Assembly (NCBI GenBank): GCA_951406725.2
Contig: OX597827.1
Location: 59,210,001-59,274,000 of the forward strand
Length of the DNA: 64,000 nucleotides
DNA from: Octopus vulgaris
Taxonomy: Eukaryota
Reading direction: 5' to 3'
Shown here: piece by piece, positions 1 through 11,819 of the stretch
How the letters are laid out: every line of letters starts with the position of its first letter
Position numbering within the stretch: position 1 is the stretch's first letter
Made by a program: the position numbers and the translations under genes
The notes under the pieces: model-generated
The model's database searches: none
The model's input: only the letters and a program-made list of their open reading frames with translations
What the model was told of the DNA's origin: nothing

Positions 1-363
1 TGAACCCGGAACCATGTAGTTGGTAAGCAAGCTATTTGCCACACAGCCACACCTGCGCCTATAAATGTGTGATGCTTACAGCACCTAGGTTTCCCAAGTG
101 GTCACTAAATACTAACTAGGCTCGACGTTGCTTAAGTTCAGTGATCGGATGAGAACCGGTGCTTTCAACGTGATATGGCCATAATTAATTAACAAAGAAG
201 ATTATCCCATTTGTCAAAGTTAACAGAAGGAAGGGTGTCAAGTAACAAAAAACAAAAAATAATAATCTATACCATGAATGTTAGTTAACACAGAAAAACT
301 GACATAACATTGAAAAATCTGTAAGAAAAAAAAAACCCCAGAAAAAGTAAAGAAACCTCTTAC

Positions 364-468
364 CTGAATCTCTCTCCAGTTGCATTCGCCGCCGAGCTAT
401 CTTACGCCTGGCTCCAACTGGGATATTCTCACGAACAGGAACATTCTGTAGTCGGTGTACAGGTTCAG
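364..468 (-). CDS. Second coding exon of the same minus-strand gene (continues left of the window)
   Basis: Acceptor ttctgtcattgctatttgaAG| and donor CAG|GTAAGA. 105 nt, phase 1-1, compatible with the 2065 donor. Encodes (A)EPVHRLQNVPVRENIPVGARRKIARRRMQLERDS. Confidence 0.72.
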
Positions 469-1436
469 CTTCAAATAGCAATGACAGAATATGTTAAATA
501 CGGATTCAAACATTATCATAATTAATATGCTTTCATATTTTGGCACAAGGCTAGCAATTTGGTGGGAGAGGGAAAGCCAAATACATCGACCTCGGTGTCC
601 AACCAGTACTGATTTTATCAACCCCGAAAGGATGAAGGGCAAAGCCAACCTTGGTGGAATTTGGACTCAGAGCGTAAAGATGGATGAAATGCCACTATGC
701 ATTTTGCCTAACATGCTAATAATTCTGCTAGTTCACCACCTTATTATCGTAATTAATGTGGGCATTGATTAATGTGCTTGTTAATGAAAGAAGATAACAC
801 ATGTACACAAATGTATTTGTACATATATAAATTTATATTTACAAGTATGACCTCAGACATATCTTTTATATTATGTTTTTTTCTTTTACTTGTTCTCAGT
901 CATTAGATTGTGGCCATGCTGGGGCACTACCTTGAAGGCATTTAATGCAAATGAATCAACCCCAGAGCTTATTTCTTTTTACTTCTGGTACTTATTCTAT
1001 CAGTTTCTGCTGCTGAACTGCTAAGTTACAGGGACATAAATACACCAATACCAATTGTCAAGTGGTGATGGGTGACAAACACACAGACACTCACTCACAC
1101 ACATACAATATATACATACATATATGATTGACTGCTAACTCCAAAAGTCTTTTTTATTCTCTCTTTGTGTTCCTTTCTGTTGAAGAGCGTAGGCTCAAAA
1201 CGTAAAAGACATTCTCACCTTCCTGAGCGTTAAACTAATACACCTGTTTATTGCTTATATACTTGTCTTCTTCGCCTTTTGTTTTCTTGTAAATTTCAAC
1301 TATATATATACATATAGTTGAAATTTCAGTGCAACTTTTCTGATGTTTCATTTTATTTTGTCACAATCAAAACCTCAGATGTTTTTATATATATGAAAAG
1401 GATTATATTATAAGGAATGCAAGTACTGTTTGTGAA

Positions 1437-1470
<34 letters not shown>

Positions 1471-1660
1471 GACATGTTTCTTTCAGTTTCCATCTACCAA
1501 ATCCACTCACAAGGCTTTGATCAGCCTGAGGCTATAGTAGGAGACAGTTGCCTATGGTGTCATGCAGTGGGACTGCATCCCTAGAACGATGTGGTTGGGA
1601 CATTAGCTTCTCACCACATGGCCACACCTGCACCTATGCAAGCTCCTTCAGAAAGACTTT

Positions 1661-1909
1661 CGGCATTCCTTCGATATAACTCGACAAAATTAAAACAGTT
1701 CACTTCAGATATTTCCGTGGAAGCAAATTTGTGGATTTTACATACACACACGAAACAGGTAAGAACAAATATACAAGACTTTTTTCTTCAAGTTTAAATA
1801 AAATGAGACATTGCTGGCATAATTTCGTTATATCTATTACTCTACAACCAACGGAAAATACCCGAAGTAAAATGTTATGATTTTGTCGAGTTATATCGAA
1901 GGAATGCCG
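1661..1909. mobile_element. MITE with perfect terminal inverted repeats, MULE-like
   Basis: cggcattccttcgatataactcgacaaaat (1661-1690) is the exact reverse complement of 1880-1909. Flanks aaagacttt / aaagactga are a 7/9 match, consistent with a 9-bp TSD. Confidence 0.7.
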
Positions 1910-2064
1910 AAAGACTGAGAAATCATCAGGTTTACAAAATTAACTAAAATATTAATGAATCACGAGATATTAAACGTTGTTCAATCGAATAGTGACACAA
2001 ATAAACAAATATCAACAATATGTGTATGGTGCAACATATGTTTACCTGTGACGGAACATCTTAC

Positions 2065-2224
2065 CTCTAACTGGTTGCAGTGGCTCGCTAGAGCTGAACC
2101 ATCGGTTAATGAGAGTGAGTATCAAGATAGTTAACAGCAATAACCCAACTAATACAAGGTAAACCGTCTCTCGGGGCCAAATCGACTGCTTATTGCCGGT
2201 GAAACTCTGACCGTGGTCGGCCAT
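2065..2224 (-). CDS. First coding exon of a single-pass, N-terminally anchored membrane protein, possibly DDRGK1/UFBP1-like
   Basis: aagATGGcc start at 2224. Encodes MADHGQSFTGNKQSIWPRETVYLVLVGLLLLTILILTLINRWFSSSEPLQPVR with one hydrophobic helix. Strong donor GAG|GTAAGA after 2065 (phase 1); a weaker alternative donor CAG|GTAAA lies after 2046. The DDRGK1 call rests only on architecture (TM helix, Pro/Arg-rich linker, start of acidic tract). Confidence 0.75.
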
Positions 2225-2330
2225 CTTTAAATCGTGGCGACACAATTGAGTAGGTTGAAAACTGGAATGGATAAACGGAACGAATGATTATATTTATTGA
2301 CAAACGAAAAACGGAAATGAATGTTACGCT
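2219..2330 (-). promoter_or_regulatory. Probable proximal promoter / 5' UTR of the minus-strand gene
   Basis: Local CpG retention, YY1-like AAGATGGC overlapping the ATG, and ETS-like CGGAA motifs at ~2276 and ~2312. Confidence 0.45.
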
Positions 2331-2529
2331 CACAATATATTTCACATCATATGGCGATAACCTTGTTATATGAATATTTTTAGACTTTATCAACATATGT
2401 ATAAAATATTTTAGAATATATAAACATTATACAGAAATAGTAATATTAGTTTTGGTTATGTTTTACGTTTCTTGGGGTTTCCAAGTTAGATAATTCCTAC
2501 GACCATCAAGCAAACAAGAACCTCTACGT

Positions 2530-4106
2530 CAGTGGTTCTCAACCAATTTTTAATTATGGAACCTTCTGATTACTATTTTATTGTAGTGGAGCCATCTGAT
2601 GTTTAAAAAACTATCCTCTGTGTGAAAAGTCTGGCTGCATACACGTTAGCACATGTCTGGTGCATACAACTGACAACACAGTTAATTAAGATTTATTCAG
2701 TGAGTTCTATTCAACACATATTTACACGTGGAATTAGCAGAATCATTATTAACTTTAGATGGCTCGCAGGCGAGGTGAACAAATTAGTGAGAGAGATAGA
2801 CTGGCAATACTTCTACGCTACCAGCAAATTAAAGATGGGGTCGCAAATGAAACAGTGAGTGATCTTTGCAATGCCTTTCAAGTAGACCGCAATATACCAG
2901 CGCGAATTTATAAAAATGCAACTCTTCATGGAACAATACAGCCAAAACAGCGTTCTGGGCGACCAAGCCTTGTCAAAAATGCTGCTTTGCAAGAAAGAAT
3001 GGTCAATGCTATTCGTGAAAGGCGTACTGCAACCAGTAGACAACTTGGTAGAGAATTGGGATGCTCTAACAGTACAGCAAACATAATAAGGCATATTCTA
3101 AAATTTTGTGCTCAAGGCCGTGTGAGTAGACCTCCTTTATCTGCCCTAAACATGGAAAAACGCTTACAGTTTTGTCAGGAACATCCAAATGTTAGACCAC
3201 ATACAGGTTTCTTAGATGAAAAATGGTGGCATACATTTTGGGGTAGCAAGAAGATTTACAGACGGTCAACATCACGCATATTTATGAACACCCACCATGT
3301 CATGTTCCTAAAGCTATGTTTATCGCTGTGATTAGCAGAGACGTGCCTGGTGGAAAAGTTGGGTTTTGGCCAGTTGCTGAACAAAGACAATACGTACGGA
3401 ACTCTCGATATCATCAACGCGGTGATCCTTATTGGAGTGATTTAAGCTGCGATGGTGCTTTTTTCTGCCGTACACTGGATGTTGATATTTTACCAGCCTG
3501 TGAAAAACATGGGATCCGCATATTGCAAATGGACAATGCGAGACCACATATTGTCAACAATTTGGATGCTTCTATTGCCGAAGTAATGGCTCGTCACCCG
3601 ACTGTGCAACTTTTATTGCAACCGCCTCAAAGCCCGGATTTAAATCCATTAGAGGAAGGCATTTTCAAAGTTTTGGTCGATAAAGTTGAACTGAAAAACC
3701 CTACAACGCGGCATGAATTGCACGAAGCCGTCTTGCAGTCTTGGGAAGAGCTATCTGAGCGGAAAATTCGTGGCTGTATTCAGCATCAAACTCGTGTTCG
3801 GCGTCAAATAGTTGACTGTCGTGGGGGGTAACAGATTCGTGTAATAAATTTTGTGTTTATTTTTGTTTCATAATGTTTTGTTTTTCACATGTGTAGGTTG
3901 AACTGTACAAAAAGTTAAAAATTAGCTTTTTCTTGCAATAAATACATCTAAATCTAGACTTTTTCCTTAACCTTTAAAATAAGACTGTTTACTATTTTGT
4001 TTACATGGACCCCAAAAAATCCTGTATGAAATAGATAGAGAAGAAAGAAAATCATAGTGATGGTGCCTGGTTTTATTTTCATACGGATCCTGGTTGAGAA
4101 GCACTG
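2530..4106. mobile_element. hAT/Charlie-type terminal shell enclosing an ITm transposase
   Basis: TIRs cagtggttctcaacc (2530-2544) and ggttgagaagcactg (4092-4106), one mismatch. 8-bp flanks ctctacgt / ctttatgt match 6/8. No TA dinucleotide flanks. Confidence 0.7.
2759..3831 (+). pseudogene. IS630-Tc1-mariner transposase, DD39D (plant-mariner/Guest)-like, frameshifted
   Basis: HTH region with RSGRP, then FLDEKWW, HVPKAMF, GKVGFWP, QMDNARPH and QPPQSPDLNPLEEGIF. Split into ORFs 2759-3331 and 3316-3831 by a frameshift near 3270-3290. Confidence 0.88.
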
Positions 4107-4227
4107 CTTTATGTGGTCTTTGGATCTGTTAGAAACAACGACCAAAACTCCTTTAAATGTCACTCCTTATATATATATATATAATGTGATTCTACTAACT
4201 TCTAAGTTCAGTGTTGATCTGGGACAA

Positions 4228-4398
4228 AAACGATTCTGATGCCCAGTTATTTCTTTTACAGGGTTTAGAAAAACTGAAGGACCTCTGCAATAAACGTGTG
4301 AACCTACGAGAGGAATATGTTGAATAAAATCATAGTTAACTGATCCTCCTGTTTGTTTGTTTTTACTCAAATCCAGGAACTTTCCAACATCCCTTCAT
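4228..4398 (+). mobile_element. Mariner 3' end fragment
   Basis: Translates as LQGLEKLKDLCNKRVNLREEYVE*, the typical mariner C-terminus, followed by a TIR-like tail ending in TA. Confidence 0.65.
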
Positions 4399-6125
4399 AA
4401 AGATATTGTTCACAAAGGAAAATTAACTACTAGTTCAGTGCTAGAGATGAAAATAATATATGATTTTAGGTTTTGTCATAGCGGAAAGATCGCTAGCAAA
4501 TGATTTAGCGTACATGTTGATAACACCAGTGCCAACATATTTAATGCAGTGAACAAACAAATTTTAATTGAAGGAAATTAGTTACAAGAAAACATTAGTA
4601 TAATTCAGATTAAAAAAAAAAAGACTTCAAGGAGAAACAATTATGGTATGCAAAGTAAAACAAAAATGTTAATTAATTCAGTGGGAAGGTGTTTTATCTT
4701 GACAGTATGGTGACAATGATTCTATTTTTAATTTCAATGGAGTAAGCTAATCACCAACCAAATAATTTTATTCTATTGTTTATCTAAAAGATTGTATTTT
4801 TAATTTAAATTTAAGTATGCTAATCACCAACCTCATCATTTTATTCAATTTTTCAATGAATTTAAATGAACTTCACTGTAATTTTAAATAAAGTATGTCA
4901 ATACCAACCTAACAATTTTAATTCATTTTTAATTAATTTAAATCACGTATGTTAATCACTGACCTTACCATTTGATTTTCAAGCAGAGCATATTGTCAGG
5001 TATTTTACCTACGTCTTATCTTAAAATTTCCTAGCAGTGCCTTCTGTCTACCAGAACCATTCACAAAGCTTTGGTTGATCTGGGACTATAGTGAAAGACA
5101 CGTGCCCAAAGAAGTATGCAATGGGACTGAACCTGGAACCTTGTGGTTTGGAAACAAACTTCCAAACCACATTTCTTACTAAGAACAACGTGGGAGAAAA
5201 CTCTGGAATCTAGAAATTGCTTAAGAATTGAATGGAGATGTAGAGTGGAGAGTGAATCTAATCACCTGTATGGTAGCAATGGCAGACATGTTTCTGTTTT
5301 ATTAGATATCTGCAGCAAAGCATAATCAAAGAATACAGATTGACTAGAATTAAAGTTTACATTGTTTTTCAAATGTAAAATTCAAATTCAAAGTTCAATT
5401 TCCACTGAGGTTGACTGCCTTTTAGCCTTTTGGAATCAATGAAATAAATACCAGTTGCAAATTGGAATTGATATAATCAACTATCCCTTCCCTCAAAATT
5501 TCACACCTTTTGCCTTTAACAGAAGTGATTAACATTATTGAAAGGATATTGATTAATGTTGATTAGTTTCTACAACTGACATCACCGTGACTGACCAAGT
5601 TATCAGATGTTGCTACACATCACTGGTCACAATGCGCTTCGCATTGTTTTAGCCTTCAAATGACGCCACCCCGCTGGCTAAGTGAGCAGGCCAACAGAAG
5701 AAAGAGTGAGAGAGAAAGTTGCGGCGAAAGAGTACAGCAGGGATCGCCACCACCCCCTGCCAAAGCCTTGTGGAGCTTTAGGTGTTTTCGCTCAATAAAC
5801 ACGGTCTGGGAATCAAAACTGCGATCCTACAACCGTGAATCCGCTGCCCTAACCACTGGGCCATTGCGCCTCCACAACTGACATAAAATGTATTATTATT
5901 AAGGTGACTGCTGGTAGAACTGTTAGCACACCAGGCAAAATGCTTAGCAGCATTTCATCTGTCTTTACATTCTGAGTTCAAATTCCACCGAGGTTGACTT
6001 TGCTTTTCATTCTTTTGGGGTTGATAAAATAAGTACCAGTTGAGCACTAGGGTTGATGTAACCGACTAGTCCCCTCCCCACAAATTTCAGGCCTTGTGCC
6101 TTTAGTAGAAAAGATTATTATTATT

Positions 6126-6327
6126 GGAGATGTACTCGCATAGCAAGTGATTTGATCTGAGATCGTGTGCTGAAACGAAAACGATTGCAGCGTGGAAGGT
6201 GTTTGTAAGCCATTTAAGAAACACACAAAAGCCATTCGATTCACTTCAACATTTATGTTTAATTTGTCAAAATATTTTCGTCGCTAAAATTCGCGACCTG
6301 TTCACTGACAAAAATCCATGCTGCATT
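6126..6327 (-). repeat. Half copy of a palindromic repeat family carrying a G3:C8 hammerhead-like motif
   Basis: Homologous to 32450-32743 and 34593-34921. Motif at 6263-6312 on the minus strand. Confidence 0.8.
6263..6312 (-). ncRNA. Putative type-I hammerhead ribozyme, G3:C8 variant
   Basis: Minus strand reads UUUGUCA-GUGAACA-G-GUCGC[gaauuuua]GCGAC-GAA-AAUAUU-U-UGACAAA. Confidence 0.6.
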
Positions 6328-8713
6328 ATTATTAACCAGAATTGTTAGCATACTAGACAAAATGCTTTAATGTATTTTGTTCCATCTCAGTTCAAATCCC
6401 GCTGAAGTTGACTTTGCATTTGGGGTTGATAAAGTACCAGCTGAACACTGGAGCTAATGTAATCGATTTACCCCTGTCCCACCCGAAATTGCTGGTCTTG
6501 TACCAAACTTTGAAACTGCTATTAATATTATTATCAAAGCAGTGAGCTGGCAGAGCTGTTAGTGCACCAGGCAAAATGTTTAGTGACATTTTGTCTGTCT
6601 TTACATTCTGAGTTCAAATTCTGTCAAGGCTGAATTTGTTTTTCATCCTTTTGGAGTCAATAAAATAAGTACCAGTTGAGCACTGGGGTCAATGAAATGA
6701 ATACCAGTTGAACATTGAGGCCAATATATATTTACACACACACATGCACATATGTATGAGTATGTGTATGTCTTTGTTTGGCCTCCTACCACCTGTGCTT
6801 AACTACAGCTGTTGGTTTGTTTACTTCCCTGTAACTTAGTGGTTCAGTAGAAAAAAACCAATAGAATAAGTATCTGACTTTACAAAAAAATAAGCAGTGG
6901 AATCAATCTGTTTGACTAATAACCCTTCAAAGTGGTGCTCCAGCATGGCTGTAGTTCAATGACTGAAACGGATAAAAAAATAAAGTGATACCTTTCTTCA
7001 CAAACTGTTTCAAATCATCTGTCCCCTATTCTGCTATATTTCCCTCCTATCTTTCTTTCTGCAACTTACTTGATCTAATCCACTTCCTCCAAATCATAAA
7101 CATTAAACCTGTATCTTATCTTCTCATCACCGTCACTAGCATTGAAGCTAGAATCACTCACTAAAACACAATCTTATCTTCATCAGAATTGCATTTCTTT
7201 AGAAGTTATTTCCTGTCCGAGTATTTTTCTTCCCTTTCAGCAACTTCATTTTAGGCAGATCTTTACCTTTTGACTGACAGATTTAACAAATAATTTTTTG
7301 TAACTAAACACTTTCAAACTTCAGACACTGGTAGAATGTGTCATATGAAACATACTCTTAGCATTTTTGAGAAAAACTTATATTTACAAAGTTATTTCAC
7401 ATTAAAGTTCTCATATTTTGGTAATTTCAACCAATCAATGACGTGTATTCAGCTGAATAAAATTACTGCTGTTGTTTGTCAAGAACTTCTGGCAGTGTAT
7501 ATTTCGTTTGTCAGTTATTTATGACAACCCTAACCCTAAAACCCTAACTGTAACCCTAAAACCTTAAAACCAGTACAAATGCACAAATGATGTCATAAAT
7601 AACAGTGACAAACGAAAAATACACCATGCTCCAGCATGGCTGTAGTTATGTGACTGAAACAAATAAGAGGGTAACTAGTTAGTTGTCTTACAAATCATCA
7701 TTTATTAATTACTAACAAGGACGCATTATTTCATTTTGCAACCATAAAATATATACATGTATACATACATACATACACACATAGTAGACATATACACATA
7801 TATATGAGTTGAATGCGAGAATTCATCATCATCATCATATATACAGTTAGGCATACGTAAATAATGGACCGCATCCCCTTTTGTTATTTATTTATTTATT
7901 TTTTTTACAGAAAGCCCCATTTTTGAATATAGAGATTCTGATTCTGCAAAAATAAAAATAAAAAACGGCATTTAAAAATTTTTATTTTTTCCCCACCCCC
8001 ACCACTGCCAAATTCTTCAATTTGACTGTAAAAAAGAATTTCTGTAAAAAGTGAAAATTGAAGAATTTGGTGGTGGTGGTGGTGGTGGGGAGGCGATTAA
8101 AATTTTTAAAAGCTATTTAAAAAATTTTTTTTTTGCCGAATCAGAATCTCGAAAATGGGAAATTCTTTAAAAAAAAAAAAAAAATAACTAAAGTGGGTGT
8201 GGTCCACATTCTTTACCTCTGTCCATATGCATACACACACGCACACATATATGTGTGTGCCTATATACATGCCAGCAATACCTGTGCAAAATTTTAAGTT
8301 TGATAAGGCTTGCATGATACCTCATAGTTCCTCTCCACCCTATGACATGATTGAGACAAACTGAGATAAGTTATCTAGTGCCAATATGAGTCACAAGCTC
8401 AGGACTATAGGAGTGCCATGATATCAAAACACCAAGAAAAACATCACCATAATGTTCAATGCCATTCCATGCATATCTGGTTTTACATCAGTGATCTACA
8501 TTTTCTGGAAAGACTTCTGCCCGTTCCCCCCACCACCACCACTACCACCGTCCACTTTCTCCCAAATTTGTTTATTTAAAAAAAAATTTTTTTTTCCAAA
8601 AATCCCCGTTTTCAGATACGGAGATTCCGGAAAATTGCCAAGAATTGGCATTGTGAAAATTTTTCTCCTCCTTTACCCACCAACTTCTTCAATTTTGACT
8701 TTTTTCTGCAACA

Positions 8714-8815
8714 CTAACCCTAAAACCCTAAAACCCTAACCGTAACCCTAACCCTAAAACCTTAACCCTAACCCTAAAACCCTAACCCTAAAACCCTAAC
8801 CCTAAAACCCTAACC
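8714..8815 (+). repeat. Interstitial telomere-like array of CCCTAA / CCCTAAAA units
   Basis: Directly visible; a shorter related tract lies at 7527-7571. Confidence 0.85.
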
Positions 8816-9461
8816 ATAAGTACAGAAATGTTCTGGAATTTTTGTCCGAATCCTGATGTCTGTATTTTTCTGCATGCTTAGAAAAGAAAAAATTCTTAAA
8901 AAAAATTTTACAAAGATTTTTGGGAATTTTTTTCAGAATCATAATCTTTGTATTTTGAGGGGAAAAATTCTGAAAAAGTTTTAAATGAAGGAAATGGGGG
9001 TGGGGTGGTGCTGGTAATTTAGAAATGTCGATTTTTGCCAATTTTTTTGCAGATTCGTATTCTCCGTAGCTGAAAAAAAAAAAAAAGGGTGGGACGGTTG
9101 TTGTAAAAAAAAGAAAAAAGTTTTTTAAAAGGGTGGTTTTTCGGTGGGCAGAAATCTTGCCCATTTTTTTCTTCTTCTGACAGATATATGTATGTACGTA
9201 TAAAAAACAACTGTGTGTGTGTGTGTGTGCATATACACATAGTGTCATTTAATCATCCATAAAAGCATTTTCCAGGCTGTTTGCTATTCAATAAACTGAG
9301 GATATTATCTTAATCAAAAACAAATGAAGGTTGATGAGAAGTGCATCCAAAAGTAGAAAATTTGATTCAACAAAGTTTTGTCACATTGAGCCCTTGAGCA
9401 AGGCATTTCATTTCATTTTAGTTGACTCAGCTGAAAATTAGTACTAACCTAAATTTGGTGC

Positions 9462-10235
9462 TGTGGAGGCGGGTAGGTTAGTGGTTAGGGTGTCAGAACC
9501 GTGATCGTAAGATTGTGGTTTCGATTCCTGGACCGGCGACGCGTTGTGTTCTTGAGCAAAACACTTCATTTCACGTTGCTCCAGTCCACTCAGCTGGCAA
9601 AAATGAGTAATGCTGTGATGGACTGGCATCCCGTCCAGCTGGGGAACACATACGTCATAGAAACCAGGAAACCGAGCCCATGAGCCTGGCTAAGCTTTAA
9701 AAGGGCACATTTATTTTGTGGAGGCGCATGGCTTAGTGGCTAGGGTGTTAGCACCATGATCGTAAGATTGCGGTTTTGATTCCTGGACCGGGCGATGCGT
9801 TGTGTTCTTGAGCAAAACACTTCATTTCACGTTGCTCCAGTCCACTCAGATGGCAAAAATGAGTAACGCTGCGATGGACTGGCATCCTGTCCAGCTGGGG
9901 AACACATACGCCATAGAAACTGGGAAACCGGGCCCATGAGCCTGGCTAAGCTTTAAAAGGGCACATTTATTTTGTGGAGGTGCGTGGCTTAGTGGTTAGG
10001 GTATCAGAACCATGATTGTAAGATTGTGGTTTCGATTCCTGGACTGGGCGATGCGTTGTGTTCTTGAGCAAAACACTTCATTTCACGTTGTTCTAGTCCA
10101 CTCAGATGGCAAAAATGAGTAATGCTGTGATGGACTGGTGTCCCGTCCAGCTGGGGAACACATACGCCATAGAAACCAGGAAACCAGGCCCATGAGCCTG
10201 GCTAGGCTTTAAAAGGGCACATTTATTTTTATTAT
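9462..10235 (+). mobile_element. Head-to-tail trimer of a ~255-bp tRNA-derived SINE
   Basis: Units start at 9462, 9717 and 9973. A box tggcttagtgg and B box gtttcgattcc. Direct repeat atttggtgc at 9453-9461 and 10236-10244. Monomer copy at ~47228-47490. Confidence 0.88.
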
Positions 10236-11819
10236 ATTTGGTGCAGCCCTTCTGCTGTTATTTCAGAGAGCCGAGACAGTTTCTCTCTGTTCTTGACTAC
10301 ATAGGCACTTAGAAAAAAAAACATGAAGTGGATGGAGCTAATGCATTTTTATGAAAAAAATTTTTCGGATTCCTAAGTTTTAGATGTCGGAGATTACGAA
10401 TATGTAAAAAAAAAAATTTATTCCTGTCCGTTTATTCATAAAATATATTTGTCAACTAAATATAGCAGTCCTATAAAAAATGGTGTTGTTGTTGTTTTTA
10501 GCCCCAAGAAAATATTCATATCTATCTCTTCATACACATATCTATATGCGTACTCTTTTACTTGTTTCAGTTATTTGACTGCGGCCATGCTGGAGCACTG
10601 CCTTTAGTCGAGCAAATCGACCCCATACATACTGAATTTTTTTTCGAAATTTCAAGTTTCTCTTTTTGTACATCTATACGATGTGTGTCAGTAAATATGT
10701 GCACAAGTACACCAGTTTTGTTTTTCATATTAAATTCCGATATAATTGTAATCTATACGTTCTGAAATGTATTTAAAGAAAATTAAACCAACCTTTTTTT
10801 TTTCTAAAAGATATGAGGAAACAAAATCGATTCGTGTGAATTTTTTTCAACTCCTCTCCCCACTCATGGAATTTTTTCTTTCTTTTTTTTTTTCCACAAC
10901 AATTTCTGATTCAACAAATAATTGAAGTCTACATCGTCTGAAGCGTATTTATTCAACATTTCATTAGAATTTTTTTAAATATCCATTTTTCTGGAAGTTT
11001 TGAAGCAATAAAATCAGTGGTAGAGGGGGCATACATGTGGAGGTATACCTATTATCTAATGTGTCCTTACCGTATTTAACACAGTTGGGAGCAGTTTGAG
11101 AGAGATTTGGCTATTATCTTTAGCATGTCGAACGATCGAGTAGAGCTATTCGCTTTAACTTGGCAGTTAAACTTAGCAGACAAGGCGCACACAAAAGGCT
11201 AATATAACCCTATAAAGGTATCTGGGATGTGAATGGAATTAAAATAGAAAAAGAAAACAATAAGTACACGAACAACAACTAAAAACTTTGTATAAAAGTT
11301 TTTATTTATTTATTTTTGAGGATGAGTAAAAGAAACGAAGAAGATAAAGGAAAAGAACTATTAATAGTTACACTACACTTGAATATTACGAGAACCAACG
11401 AGGATACATCTATGTCTTCGTTCGACCTGCTAGAAATAACAGTCATATCTTACTCAAATCATACCTATGACTTCGGGTCGCATTAGACGATGTAGTCTTA
11501 CATTAACTTTCAGAATAAATAATGCGCTAATCATAACTAGAACGTCTTTGATAAGTCTACACGACCCACTGTCAACCTGGGGTTAAATATCTTCAGTCCT
11601 AAAATAATAAATACGAAACTGCTATTTTATTCTGATAAACTATTATTCTTTACTGAAATAAGAAAGAATATATATATATATAAATAAATATATATATATA
11701 TTAAAATCAAATCGATCTAATAATATTTTAGATTTTAGACGAACAGAAAACGAACACCTAGAATGTTAAAAGGCATAAGAACAGATTGATACAATTCTGT
11801 TGAACTGCTATTCTTAGAA

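Larger units (their letters stand above)
5900..6720 (+). repeat. Cluster of tRNA-derived SINE copies (Meta/MESC-like core)
   Basis: Repeated gagctggcagaa...ttctgagttcaaattc...tttcatcctttXggggtcgataaa...agtaccagttgagcactgggg units with (att)n tails. Confidence 0.7.

Noticed and set aside
8714-8815. True telomere or chromosome fusion site
   Set aside because: Short, degenerate, single orientation, and flanked by ordinary genic DNA.
9462-9535. tRNA-like sequence with A and B boxes
   Set aside because: Head of a SINE that continues into core and tail domains; not a standalone tRNA gene.
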